64,000 nt of DNA from Kiritimatiellia bacterium (GCA_017558005.1 JAFYWN010000018.1:3696-67695); one strand, 5' to 3'; shown: positions 49,484 to 60,000, counted from the first letter of the stretch. The notes: generated by a model not told the origin, from the sequence alone. A program made the numbers and translations.

Positions 49484-50326
49484 ATGATCCTTCATTTTAC
49501 AAAGATGCACGGCGCAGCGAATGACTTTATTATGCTTGATGACCGTGAGAAGACTGTGCCTTGGCAAGATTATGTATTGATGAGTTTGCTTGCCGCTCGC
49601 CGAACAGGCGTGGGATGCGAAGGCATTATTTTGATTCAAAAGTCTAAGCGTGCAGATTTCCGGATGCGTTTTTTGAACCCTGACGGCACCGAAGTGGATA
49701 TGTGCGGTAATGGGGCGCGTTGCGCGGCATGGTTCGCGCACAAGATTGGGGCCGCGCCTCGCTCAATGACGATGGAAACCTCGTGTGGCTTGCTGGATGC
49801 AGAAATTCTGGATGATTGCAACGTCAAGGTTTGGATGCCTGAACCCACAGCACGCTCGTATGGCATTAAGATTACAGTGGATGACAAGGTGATTGAGGGG
49901 GATTACATCAATACAGGTGTGCCACACTTTGTCGTACATACTGAAAGCCCTGAAGCAATTGATATTGATACTTTGGGCCGTGCCATCCGCCTCCATCCCG
50001 CATTTGCACCAGAAGGGGTGAACGTTGACTTTGTAGCCTTGCGCGAATCGAATCGCTTGAGCATGCGCACCTATGAACGTGGTGTTGAGGCAGAATCTGG
50101 CGCCTGTGGCACGGGTGCTGTGGCTGCGGCGATTACAACCGTTGAAGCGCATGCAGGTACCTTGCCGATTACGGTGCGCACGAGCGGCGGATTTATGCTC
50201 AATATTGATGCTGATTGGCGAAATAATCGTTGCACCGGGTTGACCCTTACGGGGCCAGTTCGCGAAGTCTATCAGGGCTCCATTGATTTGGCGCTTTTGG
50301 GAAATGACTTAGCGGGTATTGAATGA
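49484..50326 (+). CDS. dapF: Diaminopimelate epimerase
   Basis: KMHGAANDF, MCGNGARC, GVPHFV, ERGVEAESGACGTG; TGCTATACT promoter element at 49448. Confidence 0.96.
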   Translation: MILHFTKMHGAANDFIMLDDREKTVPWQDYVLMSLLAARRTGVGCEGIILIQKSKRADFRMRFLNPDGTEVDMCGNGARCAAWFAHKIGAAPRSMTMETSCGLLDAEILDDCNVKVWMPEPTARSYGIKITVDDKVIEGDYINTGVPHFVVHTESPEAIDIDTLGRAIRLHPAFAPEGVNVDFVALRESNRLSMRTYERGVEAESGACGTGAVAAAITTVEAHAGTLPITVRTSGGFMLNIDADWRNNRCTGLTLTGPVREVYQGSIDLALLGNDLAGIE

Positions 50327-51039
50327 ACTTAATTTTAGTTACTGCAGAAGAAGCCGCCTCTGGCACTTGCACGCTTACAGATAACCGCGCAGAGCATTTG
50401 CGTAAGTTTCTGCATGCAGCGCCCGGAAGCACTTTTCGGGTGGGCATCATTGATGGTCTTCAGGGCGAAGCTACCGTGACGGAGGTCACGGATGCCACTG
50501 TGACGTTCTCGCTTGTTTGTGAAGAAGCGCCGCTTCAACCGTGGTATGACTTAATCTTGGCACTGCCACGTCCGCGTTCACTGCGTCGTATTTTATTTCA
50601 AAGTGCTGCGATGGGCGTTCGAAATGTCTTCATTGTGGGTGCAAAAAAAGTGGAAAAGAGTTATTTTTCCATGCACTTATTGCGTGAAGAGGAGTATCGC
50701 CCCGTCTTACTTGAGGGGTTAATGCAGGGCAAGAGTACGATTTTGCCGAAGTTGACCATTGTGCCGAAGTTTCATGAGTTGTGGCCATTGCTGCCAGAAG
50801 AGGATACGCTGCGCTTGATTGCAAATCCCGCCGAGCGCAATACGTTGTCGGCAGATGCGAAGGGCTTCCCCCTCATTGCCGTTGGCCCCGATGGTGGATG
50901 GACTGAGGCTGAAAATCAAGCCTTCGCCGAACACGGCTTCCAGCCTTTCACCTTAGGCTCGCGTCCGTTGCGAACAGATACTGCGGCGATTGCACTTCCT
51001 GCTGTAATCCAAGATCGACTTTACTTCAGAGAGAATTGA
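50323..51039 (+). CDS. rsmE: 16S rRNA m3U1498 methyltransferase
   Basis: VGPDGGWT, LGSRPLRTDTA SPOUT motifs. Confidence 0.85.
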   Translation: MNLILVTAEEAASGTCTLTDNRAEHLRKFLHAAPGSTFRVGIIDGLQGEATVTEVTDATVTFSLVCEEAPLQPWYDLILALPRPRSLRRILFQSAAMGVRNVFIVGAKKVEKSYFSMHLLREEEYRPVLLEGLMQGKSTILPKLTIVPKFHELWPLLPEEDTLRLIANPAERNTLSADAKGFPLIAVGPDGGWTEAENQAFAEHGFQPFTLGSRPLRTDTAAIALPAVIQDRLYFREN

Positions 51040-51059
51040 ATTCGGATTGAGAATGGGCG

Positions 51060-51944
51060 ATGAGTAATCTACTGATTGCGTTTTCTTTAACACTGATTGC
51101 GGGTCTTTCAACAGGGCTTGGGGCAGTCTTTGCGTTCTTTTCCAAGCGGACCAATACGCGTCTGCTTTCAGTGTGCACGGGTCTCTCTGCTGGGGTGATG
51201 CTCTATGTTTCCTTTATGGAACTTTTACCTGGTGGGATTCAGGAGATTATTGAGGGTGGAGCAGGGGAGCGTGCCGCTTCATTTTGGGCGATTGTAGCCT
51301 TTTTTGTTGGGATTGCACTCATCTTCTTGATTGACCGCTTGGTGCCTGATGCAGAGAACCCACACGAAACGCATGCTGCGGCGGAATATGCAGAGTTGCG
51401 TGACGAGGAGGCTGAAACGCCCCCAGAAGCATTGCACCATGTGGAAGAGACGCAACGTCATCAAGCGCATAAACTGTTGCGCATGGGGATGTTTACTGCG
51501 ATTGCAATCGTGATTCACAACTTCCCTGAAGGGCTCGCCACCTTTTTAACGGCGCTTGAAAAACCCGAATTAGGCGTGGCCATCGCAGTGGCAGTGGCAC
51601 TGCACAATATTCCAGAAGGCATCTCGGTCTCTGTGCCAATTTACTACGCTACGGGCAGTCGCATGAAGGCATTTGTGTGGTCTTGCCTCTCAGGTCTTGC
51701 CGAACCCATCGGCGCATTTTGCTTATGGGCCGTGCTCGCGTGTATTTACCAAAATCCGCTCTTTACACCTCCCGTCTTTTTGCTCGGCTTAATTTCTGCC
51801 GCAGTGGCGGGCATCATGGTGTTTATCAGCTTAGACGAATTATTGCCTGCTTCAAGGTCCTATGGTCGCGGCCACGACTCGCTCTACGGGCTTGTGGCAG
51901 GGATGGCGATTATGGCAATTAGCTTGATTTTGTTGGACGCTTAA
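51060..51944 (+). CDS. zupT: ZIP-family zinc transporter
   Basis: LSAGVMLYVSF, IHNFPEG, LHNIPEG, SGLAEP, DELLP. Confidence 0.92.
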   Translation: MSNLLIAFSLTLIAGLSTGLGAVFAFFSKRTNTRLLSVCTGLSAGVMLYVSFMELLPGGIQEIIEGGAGERAASFWAIVAFFVGIALIFLIDRLVPDAENPHETHAAAEYAELRDEEAETPPEALHHVEETQRHQAHKLLRMGMFTAIAIVIHNFPEGLATFLTALEKPELGVAIAVAVALHNIPEGISVSVPIYYATGSRMKAFVWSCLSGLAEPIGAFCLWAVLACIYQNPLFTPPVFLLGLISAAVAGIMVFISLDELLPASRSYGRGHDSLYGLVAGMAIMAISLILLDA

Positions 51945-51971
51945 TGCGTGAACTGACAGAGGAGTATCTCA

Positions 51972-53279
51972 ATGCACACTCATCTGGCCAAAAAGAGCAC
52001 TTGTTTCGTATTGCGATTCATGTTATGGTGTGTCGTAGGTATCTTTGCCGCTTCCACCCTCGTGGCGGCGCCTGACGCGCCAGATGAGTTTCGCTTCCGC
52101 TTAGGACCGTTTTTTGAGTGGAATTCAAAGAATGGTGAACTTACACGTTTTGCGATTCGCCCGTTTTACGCATGGGAAGAGTCTGATTTTGATGCACGTG
52201 ACAAAGATATGGACGTACTTTGGCCCTTGTCACACTTTGGGTGGCGTGGAGATGAATTTCACTGGCGTGTCTTGATGACCTTTTGGCAAGAGGCAGATGT
52301 CACCGAACGCCGCAGCCGTGATTACTCATTGGCGATTCCTCCCTTCTGGGTGAATGGACGTGACCAGGATGAAAATTATTGGGGTTTGTTTCCGGTCTAT
52401 GGTCACATGCCGAAGGCCTTTTTTGTTGAAGATATTCGCTGGGCGATGTTTCCGCTTTGGTTGCGCTATCGCACGGGCGGAAGTCGTGGCATCAAACGTG
52501 ACTACTTTGTCTGGCCATTCTTCTCTCTCAAGTATGATGAAGACAAGACACGTTGGGCGCTGTGGCCGCTTTATGGTACGAAAAAGGAACCCGATTTTGA
52601 ATCGCGCTTCGTGTTGTGGCCGATTTGGAATGACCGCACCTTTACCGCCCCTAATCATCAGGGCACAGGGGTGATGTTGTGGCCGCTCTTTGAACGGGTT
52701 AATACAAACACCGAACAATCCTACGGACTCTTGCCACCCTTTTTCCGATATACATCCACGACGTCAGACGCGCGCTTATTGCGTTGCCCTTGGCCGCTCT
52801 TTGAACGCTACACCGATCCCAAAGAGAGCACTTGGAAGTTTTGGCGTATTTGGGGGATGACCCATCGTGGCTCGCGAGATGGGTGGTGGTTCCTTCATCC
52901 AATTATGGTGAAGAAGCAACAAAAAACCGTGAATCTCTACACGCGTTCATTCCGTTTTTGGCCCTTTTACACCAATGAGGTCTCTTACGGTTATGACGTT
53001 GATGGCAATCCTCATCTGCAAACAAGTTATTTTCGTATCTGGCCCTTTTATTCGAGTTCCTACAATGAACGCGAAGGCTTAAAACGAAAGGGATTGGTGC
53101 TTTTCCCGATTCGTGACGTGCCCGCGATTGAGCGTAACTGGGCTCCTTTCTGGACCTTCTACACTGCGCGTCAGGAACCTGGTTCAGACGAAATTTTGCA
53201 TGAATTGTTTTGGGGTTTAATTTGGTGGCGGACGCATCCTGATCCAGAAGAACCAGAAATCCCAGGGGAGGAATCGTGA
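51972..53279 (+). CDS. Hypothetical secreted protein built of aromatic-Pro (WP[FL][YFW]-like) repeats
   Basis: Signal-peptide-like N-terminus; about 16 motifs such as LWPLS, VWPFF, LWPLY, FWPFY; stop is 1 nt before mlaE. Confidence 0.7.
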   Translation: MHTHLAKKSTCFVLRFMLWCVVGIFAASTLVAAPDAPDEFRFRLGPFFEWNSKNGELTRFAIRPFYAWEESDFDARDKDMDVLWPLSHFGWRGDEFHWRVLMTFWQEADVTERRSRDYSLAIPPFWVNGRDQDENYWGLFPVYGHMPKAFFVEDIRWAMFPLWLRYRTGGSRGIKRDYFVWPFFSLKYDEDKTRWALWPLYGTKKEPDFESRFVLWPIWNDRTFTAPNHQGTGVMLWPLFERVNTNTEQSYGLLPPFFRYTSTTSDARLLRCPWPLFERYTDPKESTWKFWRIWGMTHRGSRDGWWFLHPIMVKKQQKTVNLYTRSFRFWPFYTNEVSYGYDVDGNPHLQTSYFRIWPFYSSSYNEREGLKRKGLVLFPIRDVPAIERNWAPFWTFYTARQEPGSDEILHELFWGLIWWRTHPDPEEPEIPGEES

Positions 53280-53280
53280 G

Positions 53281-54066
53281 ATGACAATCATTCGAGAACC
53301 CGAAGGCGGGACCCTTGCCAACTTTTTTAGCGTATTAGGTCGTGCCGTACACTTAACCCTTCAAGCGCTTTGTGGCTTGCCAGGGGTCTTATTCCGCAGA
53401 GAGTCTCGGCAGACCTTTTTACAGCAGTTATACGTTATCGGTATCGGTACGTTGCCGGTCGCGACCGTTGTCGCGATGTTTACGGGGATGATTTTGACGC
53501 TGCAATTGGGCATTGCCTTCAAACAATTTTCTCAAGAATTGATGGTGGCCTACGCCTTGTCATTTGCGATGTTACGCGAAATGGGCCCCTTTATGACGGG
53601 GATTATTCTCGCTTCCTGCGTAGGCTCTGCGATGGCAGCCCAGCTCGGCACCATGAAGATCAATGAAGAAATCGCCGCATTGGAAATGATGAGCATTGAT
53701 CCTGTCCGCTTTTTGGTAGCCCCTCGTATGTGGGCTTTAGTTATCATGGCGCCCTTGCTCTCCTTCTTTACGTGCATTATTGCATTTTTGGGCGCAGCAT
53801 TCGTTGGGTATACGCAGCTCAATGTACCCTTCTTGCAGTTTATCTTTGAAATTGTCTCCGTCGCAGAGGTGAAAGATCTCTACGTTGGCCTCCTTAAAAC
53901 GGCCTTCTTTGGCGTGCTCATCTGCACAATTTCGTGCTCCGTAGGTTTTGCCACCATACAGGGAGCCGCAGGGGTAGGTGCCTCAACGCGTCGTGCCGTA
54001 ATTTATTCCTTCCTGGCTATCCTCGCAGGAGGTTATTTCGTAACGAGGTTCTTCTATGTCTTCTGA
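53281..54066 (+). CDS. mlaE: MlaE-family ABC permease
   Basis: REMGP, GSAMAAQLGTMKINEEIAALEMMSIDPVRFLVAPR, GVGASTRRAV. Confidence 0.92.
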   Translation: MTIIREPEGGTLANFFSVLGRAVHLTLQALCGLPGVLFRRESRQTFLQQLYVIGIGTLPVATVVAMFTGMILTLQLGIAFKQFSQELMVAYALSFAMLREMGPFMTGIILASCVGSAMAAQLGTMKINEEIAALEMMSIDPVRFLVAPRMWALVIMAPLLSFFTCIIAFLGAAFVGYTQLNVPFLQFIFEIVSVAEVKDLYVGLLKTAFFGVLICTISCSVGFATIQGAAGVGASTRRAVIYSFLAILAGGYFVTRFFYVF

Positions 54067-54832
54067 GCATAAACTCGATAGCCCCTTTGCGGTTAGTTTT
54101 GACAATGTTGTCAAAACATTTGGCGATCGCCGTATTTTGAATGGGCAAACCTTTTCTGTTAAAGCGGGCGAACTCTTCGTGATCATTGGCCCCTCTGGCA
54201 CCGGAAAGAGTGTGACGCTTAAATTGATTGCAGGGCTCTTACGTCCAAGCGCTGGCACCGTCAAAGTCTTAGATCAAGAAGTTGCCGCACTTTCTCCCCA
54301 AAAACTCTCCGCATTACGCCGTCGCGTAGGCCTCCTCTTTCAAGGCGGCGCACTCCTCGGATGGAAAACATTGGCAGAAAATATCGCCCTGCCATTGGCT
54401 GAACATGGCGGTGTCTCACGCGCCGAGATTGATCGTCGCGTAACCGAAGCACTGGCGGAAGTGGGGCTCCAAGAAGCAGGCGCACTCTATCCATCCGAAG
54501 TTTCTGGTGGTATGCTAAAGCGTGCTGCATTTGCACGTGCAATCATTGAAAATCCAGATGTGTTGCTCTTCGATGAACCCACCTCGGGCCTTGATCCTGT
54601 TATGGCATTTACGATTGACTCGCTCATTCGCAAGATTAATCGTTCGCACCATGCCGCTTGCATCGTCGTTACCCACGACCTCGTGGGCGCATTACGCTAT
54701 GCAGATCGCATTGGATTCCTTAAAAACGGACAATTTTTGACCATTGGCACACCAGAAGAAATCATGCACTCTGAACTGCCAGAAGTTAAAGCATTTTTAA
54801 ATCCCGAACACTCGGAGGTCGTTTATGGCTAA
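54056..54832 (+). CDS. mlaF: MlaF-family ABC ATPase
   Basis: GPSGTGKS, LFQGGAL, SGGMLKR, FDEPTSGLDP, VTHD. Confidence 0.9.
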   Translation: MSSEHKLDSPFAVSFDNVVKTFGDRRILNGQTFSVKAGELFVIIGPSGTGKSVTLKLIAGLLRPSAGTVKVLDQEVAALSPQKLSALRRRVGLLFQGGALLGWKTLAENIALPLAEHGGVSRAEIDRRVTEALAEVGLQEAGALYPSEVSGGMLKRAAFARAIIENPDVLLFDEPTSGLDPVMAFTIDSLIRKINRSHHAACIVVTHDLVGALRYADRIGFLKNGQFLTIGTPEEIMHSELPEVKAFLNPEHSEVVYG

Positions 54833-55934
54833 TTCGCGCGGAATGATTAAAGAAGTAATGACCGGCATCTTCCTTGCGGTCATGGTCGCCTTGTTGGTTT
54901 TCTTCACCGTAATTATCAGCGGTGTGGATCTCTTACGCGGTAAAGACTCACGCGTTTGCTATGTCCAATTCGAAGACGTTGGCGCACTGAAAACGCAAGA
55001 CCCCGTCTATGTCCGTGGTCTTAAAGTGGGCAGTGTGCTTGGACTAAAGCTCATCTCCGGCGCAGTAAAAGTTAAGATTTCTTTGGATCCTAATGTCGTC
55101 TTGCATAAGGACTATAGCGTTACTGTCGGAAAAACCTCTATGTTAGGCGGCACCTGCCTCCAAATTACAGAAGGTGGCGCCGAGGAACTCCTCACGGATA
55201 TGACCCAGCTCACAGGTCAGACGCCCACTGATATGATGGCAGACCTTGGCGAACTCGTGAAGGGGTTGCGTGAAGCCGTTAATCCCGAAGAACTGCGTCA
55301 GACGGTGAGCAATATTCAAAAAGCCTCCGCCGATGTCGCCGTGTTAACCGAACGCATTCGTAAAGGAGAAGGCACCATCGGCAAACTTCTCGCCGAGGAC
55401 TCCACCCTCTATGATGATTTGACCGTAAGTATCAACAATCTGAAACTCATCACCACAGATATTCATGACGGAAAAGGCCTCCTCGGTAAGTTGATTAGCG
55501 AAGAAGACTCCACCTATGATGATTTGAGGGCTACGATTGCCAATCTCAATGCCGTCACCACCAACCTCTCCGAAGGTAAAGGGCTTTTGGGTAAACTCAT
55601 GCGTGAAGAGGATGAATCCTACAACGATTTGAAAGCCTCTCTTGCCAACATTCGTCAAGTTACCGAAAAGCTCAACGATCCCAAGTCTGGTTTTGGTCGA
55701 CTCCTCTCACAAGACTCCACCCTCGTAGGTGACTTAGAAGTAGCCGCCGCCAACATCCGCTCCATCACCGAAAAACTTGAAAATGGAGACGGCACCCTTG
55801 GTAAACTCGTCAATGACGACAGCGTCGCGACCGAACTTGAAGCCGCCATTAAAGACGTTCGTCAAATCATTGACAACATGCGTGACACCGCCCCCATTAC
55901 CACCTTTACCTCACTTTTCTTTGGCGGATTATAA
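54825..55934 (+). CDS. mlaD: MlaD/MCE-family protein with helical repeats
   Basis: TM anchor, MCE domain (VYVRGLKVGSV, SMLGG), five ~35-aa GxGxLGKL repeats. Confidence 0.88.
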   Translation: MANSRGMIKEVMTGIFLAVMVALLVFFTVIISGVDLLRGKDSRVCYVQFEDVGALKTQDPVYVRGLKVGSVLGLKLISGAVKVKISLDPNVVLHKDYSVTVGKTSMLGGTCLQITEGGAEELLTDMTQLTGQTPTDMMADLGELVKGLREAVNPEELRQTVSNIQKASADVAVLTERIRKGEGTIGKLLAEDSTLYDDLTVSINNLKLITTDIHDGKGLLGKLISEEDSTYDDLRATIANLNAVTTNLSEGKGLLGKLMREEDESYNDLKASLANIRQVTEKLNDPKSGFGRLLSQDSTLVGDLEVAAANIRSITEKLENGDGTLGKLVNDDSVATELEAAIKDVRQIIDNMRDTAPITTFTSLFFGGL

Positions 55935-55962
55935 AAATAATCGCACATTATCGCAACAATTG

Positions 55963-55971
55963 TGATATAAT
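55963..55971 (+). promoter_or_regulatory. Extended -10 promoter element for tRNA-Pro
   Basis: TGATATAAT 16 bp upstream of the tRNA. Confidence 0.7.
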
Positions 55972-55986
55972 GTGCGCAACTTTTTA

Positions 55987-56063
55987 CGGAGCGTAGCGCA
56001 GCCTGGTAGCGCATCTGCTTTGGGAGCAGACCGTCGGGGGTTCAAATCCCTCCGCTCCGACCA
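55987..56063 (+). tRNA. tRNA-Pro (anticodon TGG), CCA encoded
   Basis: Acceptor stem cggagcg/cgctccg, D-arm gcgc-agcctggta-gcgc, anticodon arm tctgc-tttggga-gcaga, T-loop gttcaaatc. Confidence 0.97.
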
Positions 56064-56257
56064 CCTTTTTAAGCGACGATGTATCCATCGCCGCTTTTTT
56101 ATTTTTCCTTCCCATTAAATCCTAATTGTCCCTCCGCTGCGGGTAGGGTGGGGGCTAACTTCGCCACACCTTCAAGCATGGAGCGCCGCACACCTCAAAG
56201 CCTCTTCTGCCAGACGCTCCTCATTTTCTCTGCCCATAAAGCCCTCAATCCTGAGAT

Positions 56258-56278
56258 AAAAGGGCGAAACCCTTTTTT
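56258..56278 (+). terminator. Terminator-like hairpin that is also the left inverted repeat of the array
   Basis: aaaaggg-cgaaa-ccctttttt. Confidence 0.6.
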
Positions 56279-56299
56279 AATTTCTAAGAAAGTGAATCC

Positions 56300-56431
56300 A
56301 AGTTTGTAACAAACTGAACTTGAGTTTATAACAAACTAGATTTGCGTTTGTAACAAACTAGATTTAAGTTTGTAACAAATTGGATTTAAGTTTGTAACAA
56401 ACTGAACTTAAGTTTGTAACAAACTGAACAT
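56300..56431. repeat. Six 22-bp tandem units, each built on the palindrome AGTTTGT-A-ACAAACT
   Basis: aagtttgtaacaaactgaactt and variants at 56300, 56322, 56344, 56366, 56388, 56410. Confidence 0.92.
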
Positions 56432-56708
56432 TCATTTCGCCCTTTTTCATTTCTTCAATACTTTGTACTCTATTTGCCATTCCGTAACTTATTCATTTAC
56501 AATAATTTATCTTGAATATTTTATGGCGGGTAATTTTAGGCTTAAAATCAGTACAATCTGTACTATCCGTGCAAAATTTAAACAGTACAATTTTTGATGG
56601 GGCAAATTAATTTAAGGGAAAATTTCCGCTCGGGAAGAAATCTCAAATACTACAATTTTTGGCCGGGAACTTTTTAGACCTGTTTAGAAAATTCTAGAAA
56701 ATAGTACG

Positions 56709-56782
56709 AAGGGTCGAAGAAATGAAATGTAACAAATTGGATTTAAATTTGTAACAAACTGAACATTCATTTCGCCCTTTTT
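56709..56782. repeat. Second, shorter copy of the array (about 2 units) with the same right-end tail
   Basis: tgtaacaaattggatttaaatttgtaacaaactgaacattcatttcgcccttttt matches units 4 and 6 plus the tail of the first array. Confidence 0.88.
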
Positions 56783-56961
56783 GCTCAGAGGTTTCTCCGC
56801 TATGGAAGTGATCAGTGGTTAATTCATCGCTAAAAATCTCCAAGCCGCAAACAATTTATCTATCCTTAATTTGCCTGAACGACGAGCGCTTGTCCATCTC
56901 ATTTATCCCTAAGCTTTTTTACTAAGAATATAAACGTTCAAGATGAAAAAATACTTTTGAC

Positions 56962-56990
56962 TTGTCTTTTTATTTAAAAGGGTGTAGAGT
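56962..56990 (+). promoter_or_regulatory. Sigma70-type promoter, paralogous to 34318-34346
   Basis: TTGTCT-17 bp-TAGAGT, shared aaaagggtgta.agtata. Confidence 0.65.
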
Positions 56991-57084
56991 ATATGTGAGG
57001 ATATGATGTTAAGATGAGGCGGTACTCTTATATCATGCATTGAAATTATCATGCATTGAAATGTTTTACGAAAAGAGGTGTAAA

Positions 57085-60000
57085 ATGAAAAAGTTTTTAT
57101 TTATGCTTTGTCTACTGATGGGGTATGCCACCCTTCACGCAGACACGGCTAAAGTTAATGGTATTACTTGGCATTACCAAGTCTCAGATGGTGAAGCAAA
57201 GATTTATAACGATTATTACACTTCTGCAATACCATCCTCTGCCAGTGGCGCAATTACCATTCCCTCCACCCTTGGCGGTTACCCTGTGACCTCCATTGGG
57301 GATTATGCGTTTTATGAGTGTGGTCGGTTATCCTCGGTGACGATCCCTGAAGGCGTGACCTCCATTGGGGATTATGCGTTTGAGGATTGTTGGAAATTAA
57401 AAAAGCTTGATATTCCTTCCACTGTTAAATCTATTGGCCGTTACTCCGGAGAGGGAGAAGTATTTGCCTATTCCTTTGATTTGAAAATTACGGTTGCTGC
57501 AGAAAATCCAAACTACACCTCCAAAGATGGCGCATTATTTAATAAGGACATGACCACGTTGTTGCGCGGACCTGGCGCAACAGCGAATTATATAATTCCT
57601 GATGGTGTGACGGATATCGCGGACTTCGCCTTTTGTGGGAGTGAACGTTTAGAGTGGGTTACAATACCTGCCTCGGTGACTTCACTAAGTTGGAGTTCTT
57701 TTGATTCTTGTACATATGTAAGAATTAAGGTAAAAAATGGAAATAAGCACTACATAGCCTCAAGCGAAGGTGCGTTGTTTGATAAAGCAATGACAACGTT
57801 AATTCGTGGACCGGGTAAAACGGCTCACTATAAAATCCCTCACGGTATTGAGGTTATTGGAGTACGCGCTTTTAAGTGGACAGATATCAAAACTGTAGAA
57901 GTCCCTAATAGCGTAACAATAATTGAGGAAGGTGCGTTTTTTTCTTGTACAAAACTAGCCTCTATTTCACTTCCAAATAGTGTGAACAGAATTGAACGTG
58001 GAGCTTTTGATTGTTGTGAAAGTTTAACGAGTCTTACAATCCCTGCAAGCGTGACTATGTTAGGCAGTACGTTTGTTAGTGGCGACTGTGTCAAATTGAA
58101 ATCCATTTACTTTGAAGGAGTGCCGCCCAGTGATGAGTATGGAGATTATAACTGGGCCTCGGACTGGTGGGAAGTTCGCCCCTGGAAATTGACGGGCTAT
58201 TATCCCCCTACTTGTGCGTTAGATTGGGAAGAAATTATCGATAAGGACGGGTACATTTACGACCTTAAAATGGAACTCCTATCTAAGTCCGTTACTATTA
58301 CATTTAACACAAACGGTGGCAATAATCATCTTGGACAAACGGGAAAGATTCAGGAAAAAACGACATTTGGTTCTGTATTAGTAGCGCCAATAGTGACACG
58401 ACAGCATTATACATTTACGGGATGGTCTCCTGCATCGACGGGCATCGCGCCTGCAGTAAATACCACTTACGTAGCGCAGTGGGAGCCAATCATTAATATG
58501 GGTGGGGATGTTGAGCCCCGACAGATTACTTATACGATTAAGAATAAACAAGCCACCATTACCGGATGTTCGGAAAACATCTCGGGATGGTTAGATATTC
58601 CCGAAATGATTGGGGATGCCGTGGTAACTGCTATTGCTGCGAATGCGTTTAAGGAACAAATGGGTTTAACCGCTGTAACTTTCCCAGATACGATTACGTC
58701 AGTTGGAGCAGATGCATTTAAGGGATGTATCAATCTTGCGACTGATAACCTCATAATGCCGTCAATGTTAAAGACATTAGGCAAAGGCGCCTTTACGGGA
58801 TGCATGGCAGAAGCCATTAATCTCCGCCCCGGATCAGTGTTCACAATGGATGATTTGGCAGGATACAAGCTTAATACAACGGCTTCAGGTGCTAAGTTAA
58901 ACGCAAAAACTGGAATTTTAACAGCCACCTTTACAAAGCCAGGCGAGTATGAAGTCGTTTTATCAAAACCTGGATACGGAATAAAAGCGGTATCATTTAA
59001 TGTTGGAGCACTGCCTATACTTTCGCTTTCAATGGACGGTGGCGATGCCAAGTGCAAGGTTAGTGGTGCGGGTGCCTATTTAGTTGGCAGGAAGACCACA
59101 CTGAAGGCTACGGCAAGTAAGGGCTATGTTTTTGCTGGGTGGTACAAGGATTCATACTTTTGGGAATCTTGCGATTCCACTTTGGTGGACTATCGCAATC
59201 CGAGTTACACCTATGTGATGGGTGAAGAGGATACGCAGTTCTATGCTCGCTTCGTCACCAAGGAAGATGAGGCGAATTACGAAATGGGAATTGAACTCAT
59301 TGATGAATTCTACAATTCCTTAGGCGATTATTTACAGGTACGCGCGGGCGAAGTGATGGAGCCAGTTAAGGTTTGGGTTGATTCTTTGACCTTACCCACC
59401 GTAACGGTCACAGGACTTCCGACGGGTCTAAAGTTTGATGCTAATACCTTTACGATTTCTGGTAATCCCACGAAGCCAGGTTTTTATCCGATTACGATTG
59501 AAGTCAAAAATGCCTCAAAGAGTCGTAGCGCATTTGCGATTGTGAACTTGGAAGTTCGCCATTTTGATGCCCATGGGCTTCATGGCGATTGGGAGGATGC
59601 AGAGCCTATTGTGGTGGATGCATTTACAACAGAGCCGTTTAACTTAGAGGATTGGTTTGGCGGTTTCTTCAAAGATATTCCAATTAAATCGCTGAAGCTT
59701 CCTGCGGGACTCACCTACAACGCAAAGACTGGCACAATCAACGGCAATGGGAAATTGAAGTGTGGTTCGTATACAGTCACCTTGACGGATAAAGCGGGTC
59801 AAGTTACCACCTTCACCCTCGTGGCAGAACTTGACGAAGCGGATATGTTTACTTATGAAGACTACTTTACGCCTAACGAAGAATGGGGAGGAGTATATAA
59901 CGGCGTTGTTCAAGGAACTAACACTGATATTTGGTGGATATCAATTTTAAAGTGCAAAGAAGAGTCGGAAAATTGGTGGGATTGGGATCGTTGTCATTTA

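Noticed and set aside
56300-56431. Possible CRISPR array
   Set aside because: Units abut with no unique 25-45 bp spacers, and no cas genes are present.
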